A stretch of DNA of 64,000 nt from Octopus sinensis (GCF_006345805.1 NC_043006.1:34534001-34598000), one strand, 5' to 3'. Positions 12,870 through 25,800 are shown, counted from the first letter of the stretch. The notes: a model not told the origin generated them from the letters alone. Numbers and translations: made by a program.

Positions 12870-14306
12870 TATATACTTACATATATTCACATGTTCAGAC
12901 ATATATGTCCATACACACACACACATTATACACACACATGTACACCAATATACCTGCACATATGTGAACATAAAACCATCTCCCCAAAGACGCAGTAATC
13001 ACCATATCCTATGAGATCTACATTAAAATGATTACACACAACAGATACAACGCTAAAATGTGAAAGGTTAAACTATATTATCTAATTTACGCCTCTGTCT
13101 TTCTCTCAGACTCTCTGAGTATTGTTTTCGGTTCCTCTTCTCTGCCATAACTTCTCTCTTCCTGTCCTTTCATTCAATTTATTCCCCTATTTTTTCATAT
13201 CTATAATGAAAAACTATACTCTAACTTATCTGGTGTTACATTACAGACACAGCCATAGCAAAACAGAAGAGTGCATGTATATAAATTTGTTCAGCTTAGC
13301 TTGGCTTAGATGGTTGCAGTAATTTGAGGAAGAATAGAAATTGCCATGGTAGCCTGCCATCTATATGGACATGTTTATTTTTATGAATGAGTTTTGGTGA
13401 TTTTCTGTGCCTGAGAAGACACATGAAGCTAAGTGAAGTTGTAATCGTGGCCAGTGCTGCTGACACGTGAAATGCATTGTTCCGACGACACATAAAAGGT
13501 GTCTGTGTCAGTGACACATGAAAGGCACTCATGATGGTAACACATAAAAGGAACCTGTGCTGGTGACACGTGAAAAGGCACCTGGTACACTGTGGAGTGG
13601 TTGGCATTAGAAAGGGCATCCAGCCATAGAAACCGAACCAAAACAGACTAAGGAACCTGATGCAGCTCGCTGCCTTATCAGCTCTAGTTAAACTGCGCTA
13701 CCTATGCTAGCATGGGTAATGTGGTTTAACTGAAATATGGATGCTTGGTGATGATGATGACAATGATGATGATGATATTTGCGTGCGTTTACATTCTGAA
13801 TCTTGTAATGAAACTGTCAGTGAAATGGTAACAACATGATGACATTTTCTGTTAACGAATCACATTGTACTCCTGTGCTATCAAGCAGAAGTGGAGTAAA
13901 AAAGAAAACAAAATATCGTTGCTTGAAAAGCAGACAAGGATTCATGACAGGAAGGGAATCCAATTATAATAAACGGGCCTCAATAATTAAGTATTTGTCC
14001 AACCCATAATAGCATTAAAAAGACATGAAATGAACAAACAAATATATGTGTGTGGGGGGAAGGGCTACACACAAGCACAGGGAACTATAGGCATAAACAT
14101 ATACAAATACATGTGCATATACACACAGAGAAACAGAAAGATGGGGTGGGTGGACAGAAGACGAATGGATGTACATAATTAATCAGTACTTAGCAGTGTG
14201 GCAAAAGATATCAATATAATATGTACCAGGCTTAAAAAATAAGTGGTTCTAAACTGGGGTTCACGTAAGGTTTTGTTGTTAAACTTTATGTGCAATAAAT
14301 GCTTTA

Positions 14307-14667
14307 TACAGTTCTATATTTAAGAGATGAGGAATTATGAACGTTATTTACATTTGACAGATATTTGTCTTCATCTTGTTTGTTGCTAACAAAACATTTT
14401 GGCTGATATACCCTTCAGCCCTCATCAGGCATATAGCATAGTGGTTAAGAGCATGGGCTACTAACCCCAAGATTCCAAGTTTAATTCAAGACAGTGACCT
14501 GAATAATAATAACAACAACAACAACATCGAAAAATACCTTAGGAATGAGAACCCAGGTTCAAAATTTCCCCAAAACACCTGATGAAGGCTGGAGGGTATA
14601 ACAGCTGAAACGTATTTAACAACAAACAAGATGAGGACAAATATCCGTCAAATGTAAATAATGTAAA
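14307..14667 (+). mobile_element. tRNA-headed hammerhead-bearing element, copy A, with an inverted 3' segment in front
   Basis: A-box TAGCATAGTGG (14434), degenerate B-box (about 14478), (AAT/AAC)n, CUGAUGA at 14579 and GAAACGU at 14607. 14307-14429 is the reverse complement of the element's own 3' end through the core. Confidence 0.7.
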
Positions 14668-15508
14668 TGGTTTATACTTCTACAATATGCAAAATATGTT
14701 AATTATTTTATGCATCAAATGGTTATGGAAGCCCAACAGAATAAAATAGGATTCAAAAAGGGTCCATAGACAAAAAATGATTCAGAACCACTGCACTTAA
14801 ACCCTTCAAGGAAATGCCCCAGCATGGCCACAGTTGAATGAGAGAAACAAGTAAAAGGTATAAAGTAAAAGATCAAATGAACAAATAGCCAGACAGTCAA
14901 AGATACGGTGAAAGAGAGAGAAATGAGAAATTGTTCATGAAATAGCTGGCTGTATTAAAAGAATAATCAAAATTTTTAGTTTCTTGTATTAAGCTCTTGA
15001 TGTTAGAGCAAAGAGGATTTGCTGTCTTCTTCCCCATGGCAATATTGGCTGCTCAATGGAGATTAGATCTGGATGCTGGCAGGATAATGGTTATGAGGAA
15101 AGAATGGTTCCAGATAACAGATTTGAGCATGTGAATATGTGTGAAAGATGTAGTGTGCCTGAGTATGATTCTGTGTATGTGTGTGTGTGTGTGTGTTATG
15201 GTTAAATCATTACATGAAGGTCATAGTGTGGTGATGAAGTAAAGCTAAGATAAGAATTTACACACACACATACACACAGATATATTTCTTTTATCTCACA
15301 CACACAATCTCAAACAGACTAATTTCAGTTACAAAAAAACCTACAAGAAATATGATGCAAACAAATCCTAAGACTCAGTTTACAGCAATGTCATAATGCT
15401 AGCAAAAATGCAATGTAAATATGTGAATGCTAAACAGAAGATCTTTGGATACTACACACCACATATGCCACTCTGTTGCGATGTTCACTCAGGAACTTTA
15501 GAAATCTA

Positions 15509-16757
15509 TCAGGTTGAGTAAAAGGTAAGCATCGTATTGAACCATGAAGAATTTGTACCAGATTTTTGCAGAGTTTTGAATTTTTTAAAACATTTTTGTG
15601 CAATTATCTGATAATACAGACATAGATTTGTCCAAAGGCATCCATAAATTAACACTGATATTTTTTTCACCGTTATTACAGTCATCTGTAATGGATCTGT
15701 CAAAGCTCAATATTTGAGCAATTTTGCTGTTCAACTTCAAAAAAGGATGTAAAGCAGCTGAAACTGCTCGCGATATCAACGAAATGTTTGGTGAGGAAAT
15801 GATCAGCGAGTAGACAGTTCGAAAATAGTTTAAACGATTTCACAGTTGGGACCTGAGCCTTGAAGATGAGTGTAATGGACACCTATCCTGTCATCAAAAA
15901 CCATCATTGAGAAAGATCCACATAAAACCACTCGTGAACTGGCAAAAGAACTTCAGGTTAGCCAGGAAACTGCCTGCAAGTATTTGCATGTGATCGGAAA
16001 ATCAAAAAGCTTGACAAATGGGTACCACACAATTTGAATGAAAATCAGAAAATGCTCAGATATGAAATTTGCTCATTGCTTCTTCTCCGTAACCAGACTG
16101 GTCCATTTCTCGATTGCATTGTAACTTGTGATGAAAAGTGGTTCTGTACAATAATAAAAGATGTTCTTCACGGTGGTTGGACCAAAATGAAGTGCCAAAA
16201 ATCTTCCCTAAACCTGAGCTCTTCAAGATGGTTATGGTGACTGTTTTGTGGTGTACTGCTGGACTCATCCACTCTAACTTTTTCAAATTTGGAAAAACCA
16301 TTACTGCAGAAACATATAGCCAAAATGAATGAAAAACAGCTACTTATTCGTCCCAGACTGGTCAACAAAAGAGGGCTAATCATTCTTCATGACTATGCTC
16401 GACCACATGTTTCACTAATGGCACTCCAGAAGTCGAGGGAACTTGGCTACAAAGTTCTTCCCCACCCAGCTTATTCCCCAGACCTTTCTCCTACCGAATA
16501 CCACTTTTCCAAGCACCTTGATGGTTTCCAGTGAGAGAAGGAGTTCAAAAATCAAACCGATGCTGAAAGTGCATTCAAAGAGTTCATCAGCCCCAGAACT
16601 CAAGATTTTTATGTTACCAGAATAAACAAACTTGTAACCCGTTGGCAAAAATGTGTTGATTGTAATGGTACTTTGATGAATAAAATTTCTGCATTGTTGA
16701 AATATATTGTGATGAATTGCATTTTTCAAGATGTTGTTTACTTTTTACTCAGCCTGA
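15509..16757 (+). mobile_element. Full-length degenerate mariner (Hsmar1/cecropia-like)
   Basis: TA|TCAGGTTGAGTAAAAGG ... CTTTTTACTCAGCCTGA|TA termini. The transposase relic starts at ATG 15691 and ends near 16680, with WVPHNL, VTCDEKW, HDYARPH and YSPDLSPTEYHF motifs. Multiple stops and frameshifts. Confidence 0.95.
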
Positions 16758-17344
16758 TATCATATTTTCTTTAAAATGAAACTATCAAAGCTTTGCAAGT
16801 GAGGGTTGTCAATGAGAATGGTAAGGGATATGGAAATCTTATATGTCACATGGTTAGAGCCATTCCCATCAAGTAATGGAAATGAATAACAAATGAAGAA
16901 CAATGGCGACAACAACAACAACAAAGACAAAAACAATAGAGACAATAACAGCAACCAAGACAACAACCACAACTAATACAACAATAACTGCAACTATGGA
17001 AAACAACTGAAGTAACATTGACAATAACAAATATGTCAACAACAACAACAACAAAAAGGGCAAGGAATTACAACAAATGAATATGGACTAAATTAAAATA
17101 GGTTTCAGCCTTGATAAGCAGATCACTCATCTGTCTTAATAGGCAGGCCAATTAATTATTTGTGCCAGGTTTCGTTGTTCAGATGCCTCTCGTGTTATTA
17201 ACACATTACATATTATGGAGCACTTTCGTAATGGCCCCCTACAACCTCAATGTGCATGGTCCATCCTATAGTGTAAGATGATAACAATGACAATCACCAC
17301 CACCATCATCATCATCATCACCATTCTAGCTAACATATTGGAAC

Positions 17345-17700
17345 GGTGGTCACTCAACCTACAAGTGATAGCAACCAAATTCCCACAAATCACACTTTAT
17401 TAACAAAGAAAAGGAGAGCTTGGATTATGAGATTTTGGTTTCCTGCAAACAGGAAAAAGGATGGTTGCAGCTGGAAAGCATTTGATGGTAGGTTTCCTTA
17501 ATGAGGTCTGACCAGACAAGAACAACCTAATGGAACACAAAGCCTCTACACATGTAGAAATAGTAGCTAAATATCCCTCAAGTCACACTTGACTAATATT
17601 AGAGGATGCATGTCTGAAAAAAGAGGGATGGTTATAGTTGGAACATATTTGATGATAGGTTTGTCCAGTCAGTGTTTGACCTGGGGTTAAACAACAACAT
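17345..17700 (+). repeat. Two adjacent copies of a dispersed repeat with an (AAC)n 3' tail (family C)
   Basis: Motif AAATAGCAGCCAAATCTCCCTCAAATCACAC...GGGGCTAAACAACAAC. Related copies lie near 8935, 10025, 18660-19175, 28005, 52130 and 52735, and inverted near 53300. Origin unassigned. Confidence 0.6.
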
Positions 17701-18758
17701 CCCCTCAAAGTTTAATTACAATAAATGTTTAAACTGGGACTGACACCAAACATCATTATGAACAGAAATGGAGAATTGCAAATACAGAGACAGGAATGGA
17801 ATGATGGATGGGGTGGAAGTGGTTGACTAATAGTTGGAGGGTTGCGTGATGGATCGGTGATGCCGCTTTTAATTGGTTTTTTTTGTATTCATAGTGAGGT
17901 GAGGTGAGGCTGAATCAAGAGTCAAGGGTCAAGCTCACTCAACAGTAAATATTTAGCAGTTAACATGGGTTGGACTGGTGGAAAAAGATATTGGACCACC
18001 GGTTCAGATAATGAGTTGCAATCTGTTGCAGATGTTGTTTTAGATTCTGGAGGTGAATACCTTATTTCCAACATTGAGTCAATTCACATATTTGATAGAA
18101 ATAAGTACAATACTCATCCAGGAATGTTCATCATCGTCGTTTAACGCCTGCCTTCCATGTTGGCATGGGTGGGATGGTTTGAATGGAGCCGGCCAGGCAG
18201 AAGCAAGCACCAGACTTCTGTAACTGTTTGACAGGATTTTTACAGCTGGTTGCCCTTCCTAATGCCAACCACTCAGCAGAGTGGACTTCATGCTTTTAAC
18301 TTGGCACAAGCACAGGCGAGGTCAGTTTTGGCAAGGTTTTTACAGCTGGATGCCCTTCCAAATGCCAACCACTTTACAGTGTGGACTGGATGCTTTCAAA
18401 GTAGCACCTTAAACTAATGTTGTATTCAACAGAGGATTTACCTCTCAATTTCTTCATGTTATGACACCAAAATAATATTCATCACCCTCTTATTCCTGAA
18501 CGACTTATAAAGTCTCAAAGTTAATATAAATACTTAGGGTCACACAACTCCTGCAGATCTTTTCTGGTGGCACCACAAACATAATACAGCTAAAACTGGT
18601 GGAATGCTGTTAATCATATGCCTGCTCCATCAACAAAATTTGTTACCTTGTAACTAAGGGAACTTCTACATGGTCACCTGATCTGCTTGGAATAGCAACC
18701 AAATCTTCTTTAAATAAAACTCTTTCACTTTGAAAAGGATAAGGCAATCATAGGTATG

Positions 18759-19071
18759 TGGAGGCATATGGCCTAGTGATTAGAGCAGTGGACTCGTGGT
18801 CAAGGGATCATGGGTTCAAATCTCAGACTGAGCGATGTGTGTGTTTATGAGCGAAATACTTAAGCTCCACACGGGTCCGACAGAAGGTAATGGCAAACCT
18901 CTGTTGACTTTTTCGCCACAACTTTCTCTCACTCTTTCCTTCTGCATCAAGCAGCTCACCTGTGATGGACTGGCATCACATCTACATGGGAAACCTATAT
19001 GCCAATGGAATGTAGAAAACCGTCCCTTATAAGCCAGGTATGGCTCAAGAAGGAACAAAGAACAACAACAA
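18759..19071 (+). mobile_element. tRNA-derived SINE with (AAC)n tail and a 14-bp TSD, inserted into a family C repeat
   Basis: TGGCCTAGTGATT A-box, GGTTCAAATC B-box and a CTGTGATGGACTGGCATC internal motif. TSD CAATCATAGGTATG (18745) / CAATCATAAGTATG (19072). Confidence 0.85.
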
Positions 19072-19181
19072 CAATCATAAGTATGAAATGTTTGTGAGAA
19101 AGATATGGCGGTCAGAGTAGGAATACTTCTTATCCAACTCAGTCAAGGCTGACTGGTGGCTAAACAACAATAACAATTCTT

Positions 19182-19461
19182 TTCTATATTTAAGAGATGA
19201 GGAATTATTTACATTATTTACATTTGACAGATATGGCATAGTGGTTAAGAGCGCAGGATACTAACCCCAAGATTCCAAGTTCAATTCCAGGCAGTGACCT
19301 GAATAATAATAATAATGATATTGAAAAATATCTTAGGAATGAGAATCCAGGTTCAAAATTTCCCCAAGACACCTGATGAAAGCTGGAAGATATATCAGCT
19401 GAAACATTGTGTTAACAACAAACAAGGAGGACAAATATCCGTCAAATGTAAATAATGTAAA
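19182..19461 (+). mobile_element. tRNA-headed hammerhead-bearing element, copy B
   Basis: A short inverted 3' end (19182-19233) precedes TGGCATAGTGG (A-box), AGTTCAATTCC (B-box) and GACAC-CUGAUGA-A-AGCUG...CAGCU-GAA-ACAU-U-GUGUU (19368-19412). Confidence 0.75.
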
Positions 19462-19569
19462 CAATTCTTTTATCTTTTACTTGTTTTGGTCATTAGACTG
19501 TGACCAGGCTGGGACAATGATGAATTTTAGTCCCATGAGTCAACACCAAAGGCTTTTTTTTTCTTTTAA

Positions 19570-20365
19570 CCCATTGCCTGCCATGAGCCCCATTGGGGGA
19601 TCTGCTAAAACCATCTCACTGCCAGTTGGTCATTGTATTTAAAGTGAATTGCTTATGTACATAGCATTTGCAGAGGTGTGTTTAACAATATTTAGTAGTT
19701 TAAAGTTTGTCATTATTATCTCTGGATAATGCTAAAGGACATTTTATGTCATAAATCGCAATGTTTGAACTACAAAAATACTGACTGTTTTATTCTTTGA
19801 CTTGTTTTAGTCATTTGACTGTGGCCATGCTGGAGCACCACCTTTAGTCGAGCAAATACACCCCAGGACTTATTCTTTGTAAGTGTAGTACTTATTCTAT
19901 AGGCCCTTTTGCTGAACCGCTAAGTTACAGGGACATAAACACATCAGCATCGGTTGTCAAGCGATGTTGGTGGGGACAAACACTGACACACAAACATACA
20001 TATATATATGATGGGGTTCTTTTAGTTTCCATCTACCAAATCCACTCACAAGGCTTTGGTTGGCCCAAGGCTATAGAAGATACTTGCCCAAGGTGCCACG
20101 TTTTTTTGGTTGTTTTGCATTTCCCATTTATATCATTCATTGATATTTCATACACATTCACATTTGATACTATAGCTTCAAAAACCAAAAAAAAACCTAA
20201 TATGTTTAGTTTTGCAATTGAATAGAAAAGGATCAATATATTGTTCTTTCAGCAATCCTTATTTGGGACTTTTCGAAATATATTATTATACTATATATTA
20301 TTATAACTTGTAAGACACCTACCAAAGCCAAAAAATATGAATAAAAAAAATTGGCAGTTAATGGG
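19570..20365. mobile_element. Second piggyBac-like element, interrupted by an S1 SINE (about 19795-20100)
   Basis: TTAA|CCCATTGCCTGCC ... GGCAGTTAATGGG|TCAA. The flanks of the SINE align collinearly with the reverse complement of 11081-11612. Confidence 0.7.
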
Positions 20366-20849
20366 TCAAGCCTGGTTCTTATTTTATCAGTCTCTTTTCT
20401 TGAACTGATAAGCTATGGGGACATAAACACACCAACACTGTTGGAGGACTAACACAGACACAAAGACACACACATATGTAAATATATACACAAGAAGCTT
20501 CTTTCAGTTTCTGTCTACCAAATCCACTCACAAGGCTTATAGCAGAAGACACTTGTCCAAAGTGCCATGCAGTGGGACTGAACCCAGTACCATGTGGTTG
20601 AGAAGGAAACCCCAGTATGACCGGTCAATAATATCTTGTTATACATTGTTAACTTTGACTTTGCTTAATAACACAATTGGGAGTCAAAAATAGCAGGTCA
20701 TGTGATATTATACACTCTCTCTCTTACACACCGACACACCCCTCTCATATTTCACCTCCAATAATCTCCTTGAATACTTGAATAAAATCCATGAAGACAT
20801 GATGTCAGATCAGGTTACTAAATTAAAGAAAAAATTAAAAAAAAAAAAA

Positions 20850-21480
20850 GCTAGTTAATTATCATTATCATCACCATTGCCATCATCATCAGCATCAATG
20901 CTGTCACAACACTGCCATCATTTTCCATCATCATCAACAACAGTAACATAAAGGCCAAGCAGCACACTTCATCATAGACATTATCTTCATCGTGGTCATT
21001 GCCATCCACCTCTTCCTCCTCCTCGTCATCTGTTATCTCAAGCATCATTACCTCAACAGCATCATCAATCATAATTATTCCCATCCCCCATTACCATAAC
21101 CACCACAACTTTTACCAATCACCAACATCACCATCAATAACACTTCCACCACCACCACCACCATCATCACTACTAACTTTATTTCTACCACTCACCAACA
21201 TCATCACCATCATCAATACAACTATTACTACATCTACAACTGTCACCACGACCACCACAACCACCATCATCATCATCATTATGTCAGAGATATGTGACTG
21301 CCATGACCATTAGAATCTTTGCAATCATCATCATTATCATCATCAACTCTCTCTGTATCATTACCATCACCATTGTCATCATAAGCACCAACATCAGCAA
21401 GTTGCTGTTGCTTACATGATGATGATGATGGTGGTGGTAATTATGATGATGATAATGACGACAATGACAAACTATTTTTA
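20850..21480. repeat. Cryptic (CAT/CAC)n trinucleotide low-complexity tract
   Basis: Degenerate CAT/CAC/ACC repeats that switch to GAT at about 21415. It explains the poly-S/T/H/M/D ORFs. Confidence 0.9.
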
Positions 21481-22899
21481 GACATTCTAATATCATTTTT
21501 GCACACATTGTCATAATCTATTCAAAATGTATTTACCCACCACCCTCACCACCACCAATTCTTCCACGTACACATTAGATGCCTTTGTTCAAGAATCCTC
21601 ATAAAATATTTCCGTCTGTTAATATTCCGTTTTGCATGTCATTAGACCTGAAATGAAAGGCTGATGGATTGTCAGAATCAAGAGAGCAACAAACAAATTA
21701 TCATGTGATAATTAGTTTAGATTTCTATGTCTGAGTTCAAATCCCACATGGGTCTACTTTGCCTTTCATCCATGCTTGGTTGATAAAATTGCTGATGGTA
21801 CCACGTAAAAAGTACCCAGGACACTCTGTAAAAGAGGCTGGTATTAGGGAGAGCATCCAGCTATAGAGACCAAGCCAAAACAGATAATGAGGCCTGGTGC
21901 AGACCCTGGCCTTACCAGCTCCTGTCAAACAGGCTAGTATAGAAAATGGATGTTAAATGATGATGATGAAGTACCAGGGGTCAGTTAGATTGACTGTATA
22001 CCTCTGCATCAATCTGAGACCTTATTACTAATCATTATTTAGGGACATGTTTGGTTGTTTGCTTTAGGAATTTGCTTCCAAACCATGTGGTCTTAGGTTC
22101 AATCTCACTGAGCAGCATCTCAAGCAAGTGTCTTCTACTATAGACCTGGGCCAACCGTAGCCTTCTGAATGGGTTTGGTAGATGAAAACTGTGTGGAAGC
22201 CCATTGTATACTCTTATCTGGACCACATGCATTGTTGTCAATCAGGCAAGGCTGTTCGTTTCCAGTCTTCCATGAAAGACATATCCTGGTATAGGGAAAT
22301 ATTACCTTGTTTGGAGACAGATGAGGGTTGGTGACAGGAAGGACACTGGACAGTAGAAAAAAAATCTGTCTCAACAAATTCCATTTGCTCCATGCATGCA
22401 TGGGAATGACGTTATCAAATGATGATGATAATGAATACAATGTTTATTATTATTATTATGTGTTGGCACCACATAAAAATCACCCTTTGTACACCCTGTA
22501 AAGTGGATGGCATTAGGAAGTGCATCCAGCCATAGAAACCATGTCAAAACAGATGGTTGGGGCCTGGTGCAGCTCCAGGGTTTACCAGCTCCTGTCAAAC
22601 TGTCCCACCCATGCCAGCATGGAAAACAGACACTAAATGATGATGCTGAGCATAAGAATGATGGATGGCAGAATTAGATAATGTGTCTTGTGACATTTAA
22701 TTATGACTTGTTACTTTCTGAATTCAAAGCCAGGTTACTTTTGTTTTTCTTCCTTCCAAGGTCATTGAAATAAAATATTAATCAAGCACTGAAGGTAAGA
22801 TATAATTAATAATGGCCTATTTCATGAAAATGTGTGTTCTTGTAGCAATATTAGAAATGATAATTTATTATTATATTATCATTGTTATTATTATTATTA

Positions 22900-23800
22900 T
22901 TATTTTATTCCAGTTCTTTGTGTTGTGAGTTCAAATTCTACTGAGGTCAACTTTACCTTCCATCCATTTGAGGTTGATAAAATAAGTACCAGTTGAGTAT
23001 TAGGGTTGATATAATCAACATTGTGACCCAATAAAATTGCTGGACTTGTACCAAAATTAGGAAGATTAATATTATTATTATTATTATTATCAATTTGCGT
23101 AGCAAGATTCCTGATGTGAAATTGTGTGTTGAAACCAATATCGTATTTCGAACACACACACTATATATTTTGTCTTCACTCATTTATTACTGCTCTTTAT
23201 TATTATTATTATTATTATTATTATTTGATTTACATTCAAATGCTGCCAAGGTTGATTTTGTGTTTCATTCTTTTGGGGTCAATAAAATAAGTACCAGGGT
23301 CAATGTAATTGACTTATCCCTGCCCCCAAACTTGCTGGCTTTGCACTAAAATTTGAAATTATTATTATCATCATTATTATTATTATGAAGGCGGCAAGCT
23401 GGCAGAATCATTAGTACACTGGACGAAATGCTTAGCGGTATTTCGTCTGCTGCTACGTTCTGAGTTCAAATTCTGCCGAGGTTGACTTTGCCTTTCATCC
23501 TTTCGGGGTTGATTAAATAAGTACCAGTTACACATTGGGGGCGATATAATCAACTTAATCCGTTTGACTGTCCTTGTTTGTCCTCTCTGTGTTTAGCTCC
23601 TTGTGGGTAGTAAAGAAATAGGTATTTCACCTGTCGCTACATTCTGAGTTCAAATTCTGCCACGGTCGACTTTGCCTTTCATCCTTTCAGGGTTGATAAA
23701 TTAAGTACCAGTTAAGTACTGGGGTCAATGTAATCGTCTGTCCCCTCCCCCAAATTTCAGGCCTTGTGCCTATAATAGAAAGGATTATTATTACTATTAT
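22900..23800 (+). mobile_element. Cluster of tRNA-derived S2 SINE copies separated by (ATT)n
   Basis: Core GAGTTCAAATTC...GTCGACTTTGCCTTTCATCCTTTCGGGG...TAAGTACCAG occurs four times (about 22925, 23240, 23460, 23645). A full head GGCGGCAAGCTGGCAGAA is at 23389. Confidence 0.85.
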
Positions 23801-24209
23801 TATTATTGCAAACCCAGTTGAGTAACCCATTGCCTAAATGTGTAGCCATGTGCATTACTTAAAAATCATTACAATTATCATCATCAGCAATATCGCATTG
23901 CTGAAGACTGGGTGTTTGGAATTATTTTAATACACTCTAGCAATATGTTAATTCCTTCACCAGAGTACACTTTCATTTACTGAAGTCAGGATTTATTGAC
24001 TATGAAGCAGACATTGTAAATCAGATGTCTAAACTGATTAATTAGTTGTATTGAAGAAATTAACTCAATTAAAAACAAAAATATTCTTCTTTGTTATTTC
24101 AAGAATATTAATCAGATTTCAGTTTATTTAAAATGAATGTTATCAAACAAAACATGATGGTGAAATTATCCCCCTTTAACACTATATTATCCCATTCTAC
24201 TTATTATAT

Positions 24210-24580
24210 GTGGAGGTGCAATGGCTCAGTGGTTAGGGCAGCAGACTCACAGTTGTAGGATCGTGATTTCGATTGCCAGACTGGGCATTGTGAGTGTTTA
24301 TTGAGGGAAAACATCTCAAGCTCCACAAGGCTCCAGTAGGGATGGAGGGACCCTGCTGTACTCTTTCACCACAACTTTCTCTCACTTTTTCTTTCTGATG
24401 TACCTGTATTTCAAAGGGCCAGTCTTGTCACACACTGTGTCATGTTGAATCTCCCCGAGAACTATGTTAAGTGTACACGTGTCTGTGGAGTGCTCAGCCA
24501 CTTACATATTAATTTCATGAGCAGGCTGTTCTGTTGATCGGATCAACTGGAACCCTCATCGTAATCGACAGTGTGCCAAG
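24210..24580 (+). mobile_element. tRNA-derived SINE (head shared with 18759, 3' module shared with 10770)
   Basis: GGAGGTGCAATGGCTCAGTGGTTAGG A-box. CAACTTTCTCTCACT is shared with 18920; the sequence then diverges. Confidence 0.8.
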
Positions 24581-24649
24581 ACTTATTGCATAGGATAAGT
24601 TAAACCCTGTGCTGGGTGTGTTATCCAAACAAATGATGCATTTATATAC

Positions 24650-24885
24650 ACATATCTATCTATCTATCTATCTATCCACTCAGTCGAAGTCGACTCTCGG
24701 TCACTCGTTGGATCAGTGTCCTCCAGTCAGTTCTATCCTGGGCCGCTTCTTTCAGATTGGCTATGTCCATTCCGGTATCCTTCTTGATGGTGTCAAGCCA
24801 GCGGGTTCTTGGTCGGCCTCTTCTTTTCTTGCCACTGACCATTCTGAGCATGATGTCCATCTCCAGGGATTTTCTCCGCATAATA
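24650..24885 (-). mobile_element. 3' end of a second RTE (BovB-like) LINE with a (GATA)n tail
   Basis: ORF 24672-24881: SLEMDIMLRMVSGKKRRGRPRTRWLD...DRTDWRTLIQRVTESR. Confidence 0.85.
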
Positions 24886-25264
24886 TGACCAAAATATTAT
24901 ATACACATACATAAATGAAATCCTACATTATGCATGAAAATATTTTCTGTGTGTGTGTGTGTGTGTTTGTTACTGTCTCCTTGCCTTGACTTCATATGAT
25001 ACTTGTAAATGAATGTTATCGTCATGCAAGCGATATCCATTTCCAATCCATGCTAGCATGGAAAACGGACGCTAAACGATGATGATGATGATGAATCTGT
25101 GAAAACATGTCTGGTCCTGGGAAATATTAACTTGCTTGGAAGCAGGTGAGTTTTGATGATAGGAAGGGCATTTGGCCATGGAAAATATGCCTCAACAAAT
25201 TCCAGCTGGGCCACTGAAGCATGGAAAAGTGGACATTAAATGATTATATATATATATTCAATAA

Positions 25265-25800
25265 GCGCAGGAGTGGCTATGTGGCAAGTAGCTTGCTTCA
25301 CAACCACATGGTTCGGGGATCAGTCCCACTGCATGGCACCTTACGCATGCATCTTCTACTATAGCCTCGGGCCGACCAAAGCCTTGTGAGTGGATTTGGT
25401 AAACGGAAACTGAAAGAAGCCCATCATATATACATACATATATACATATCTATATATGTTAGAAGAGGTAAGGTACTCAGAAATCTGGATGGTTTTATAT
25501 TTACAGATATTTATTAATATGTTACATGTTTTTATAAATCATATATTAGTGCTTACATCCACTCTAGTGGAGTCTCCAGTATGTATATGTTTGTGTGTCT
25601 GTGTTTGTCCCCCCACCATTGGTTGACAACCGATGCTGGTGTGTTTACATCCCCGTCACTTAGCGGTTCGGCAAGAGAGACCAACAGAATAAGCACTAGG
25701 CTTACAAAGAATAAGTCCTAGAGTTGATTTGCTCGACTAAAGCCGGTGCTCCAGCATGGTCGCAGTCAAATGACTGAAACAAATAAAACTAAAAGAATAT
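25265..25800 (+). mobile_element. Full S1 SINE with an insertion (possible LTR fragment, 25457-25580) in its internal microsatellite
   Basis: Head GCGCAGGAGTGGCTATGTGG and tail GCTCCAGCATGGTCGCAGTCAAATGACTGAAAC. The insert begins TGTTAGAAG and, on the minus strand, ends AATAAA...CTAACA; its LTR identity is a guess. Confidence 0.75.

Noticed and set aside
14430-14500. tRNA genes (also at 18762, 19234, 24210, 48335)
   Set aside because: A/B boxes are present, but no complete acceptor stem or cloverleaf could be formed, and each continues into a repeat body. They are SINE heads.
15691-16682. Mariner transposase as an active or domesticated gene (third catalytic position reads SPTEY instead of SPTDY)
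   Set aside because: Multiple stops and frameshifts show neutral decay, so the D-to-E change is most simply a post-insertion mutation.
17914-18144. Protein-like open frame MGWTGGKRYWTTGSDNELQSVADVVLDSGGEYL...
   Set aside because: Only 59 codons from the ATG, no recognisable domain and no coherent splice sites. It starts in a CATGGGTTGGAC motif shared with the RTE UTR and ends in a repeat.
23964-24045. Acceptor followed by VHFHLLKSGFIDYEADIVNQMSKLIN*
   Set aside because: No convincing donor or partner exons; such short frames are expected by chance in 64 kb.
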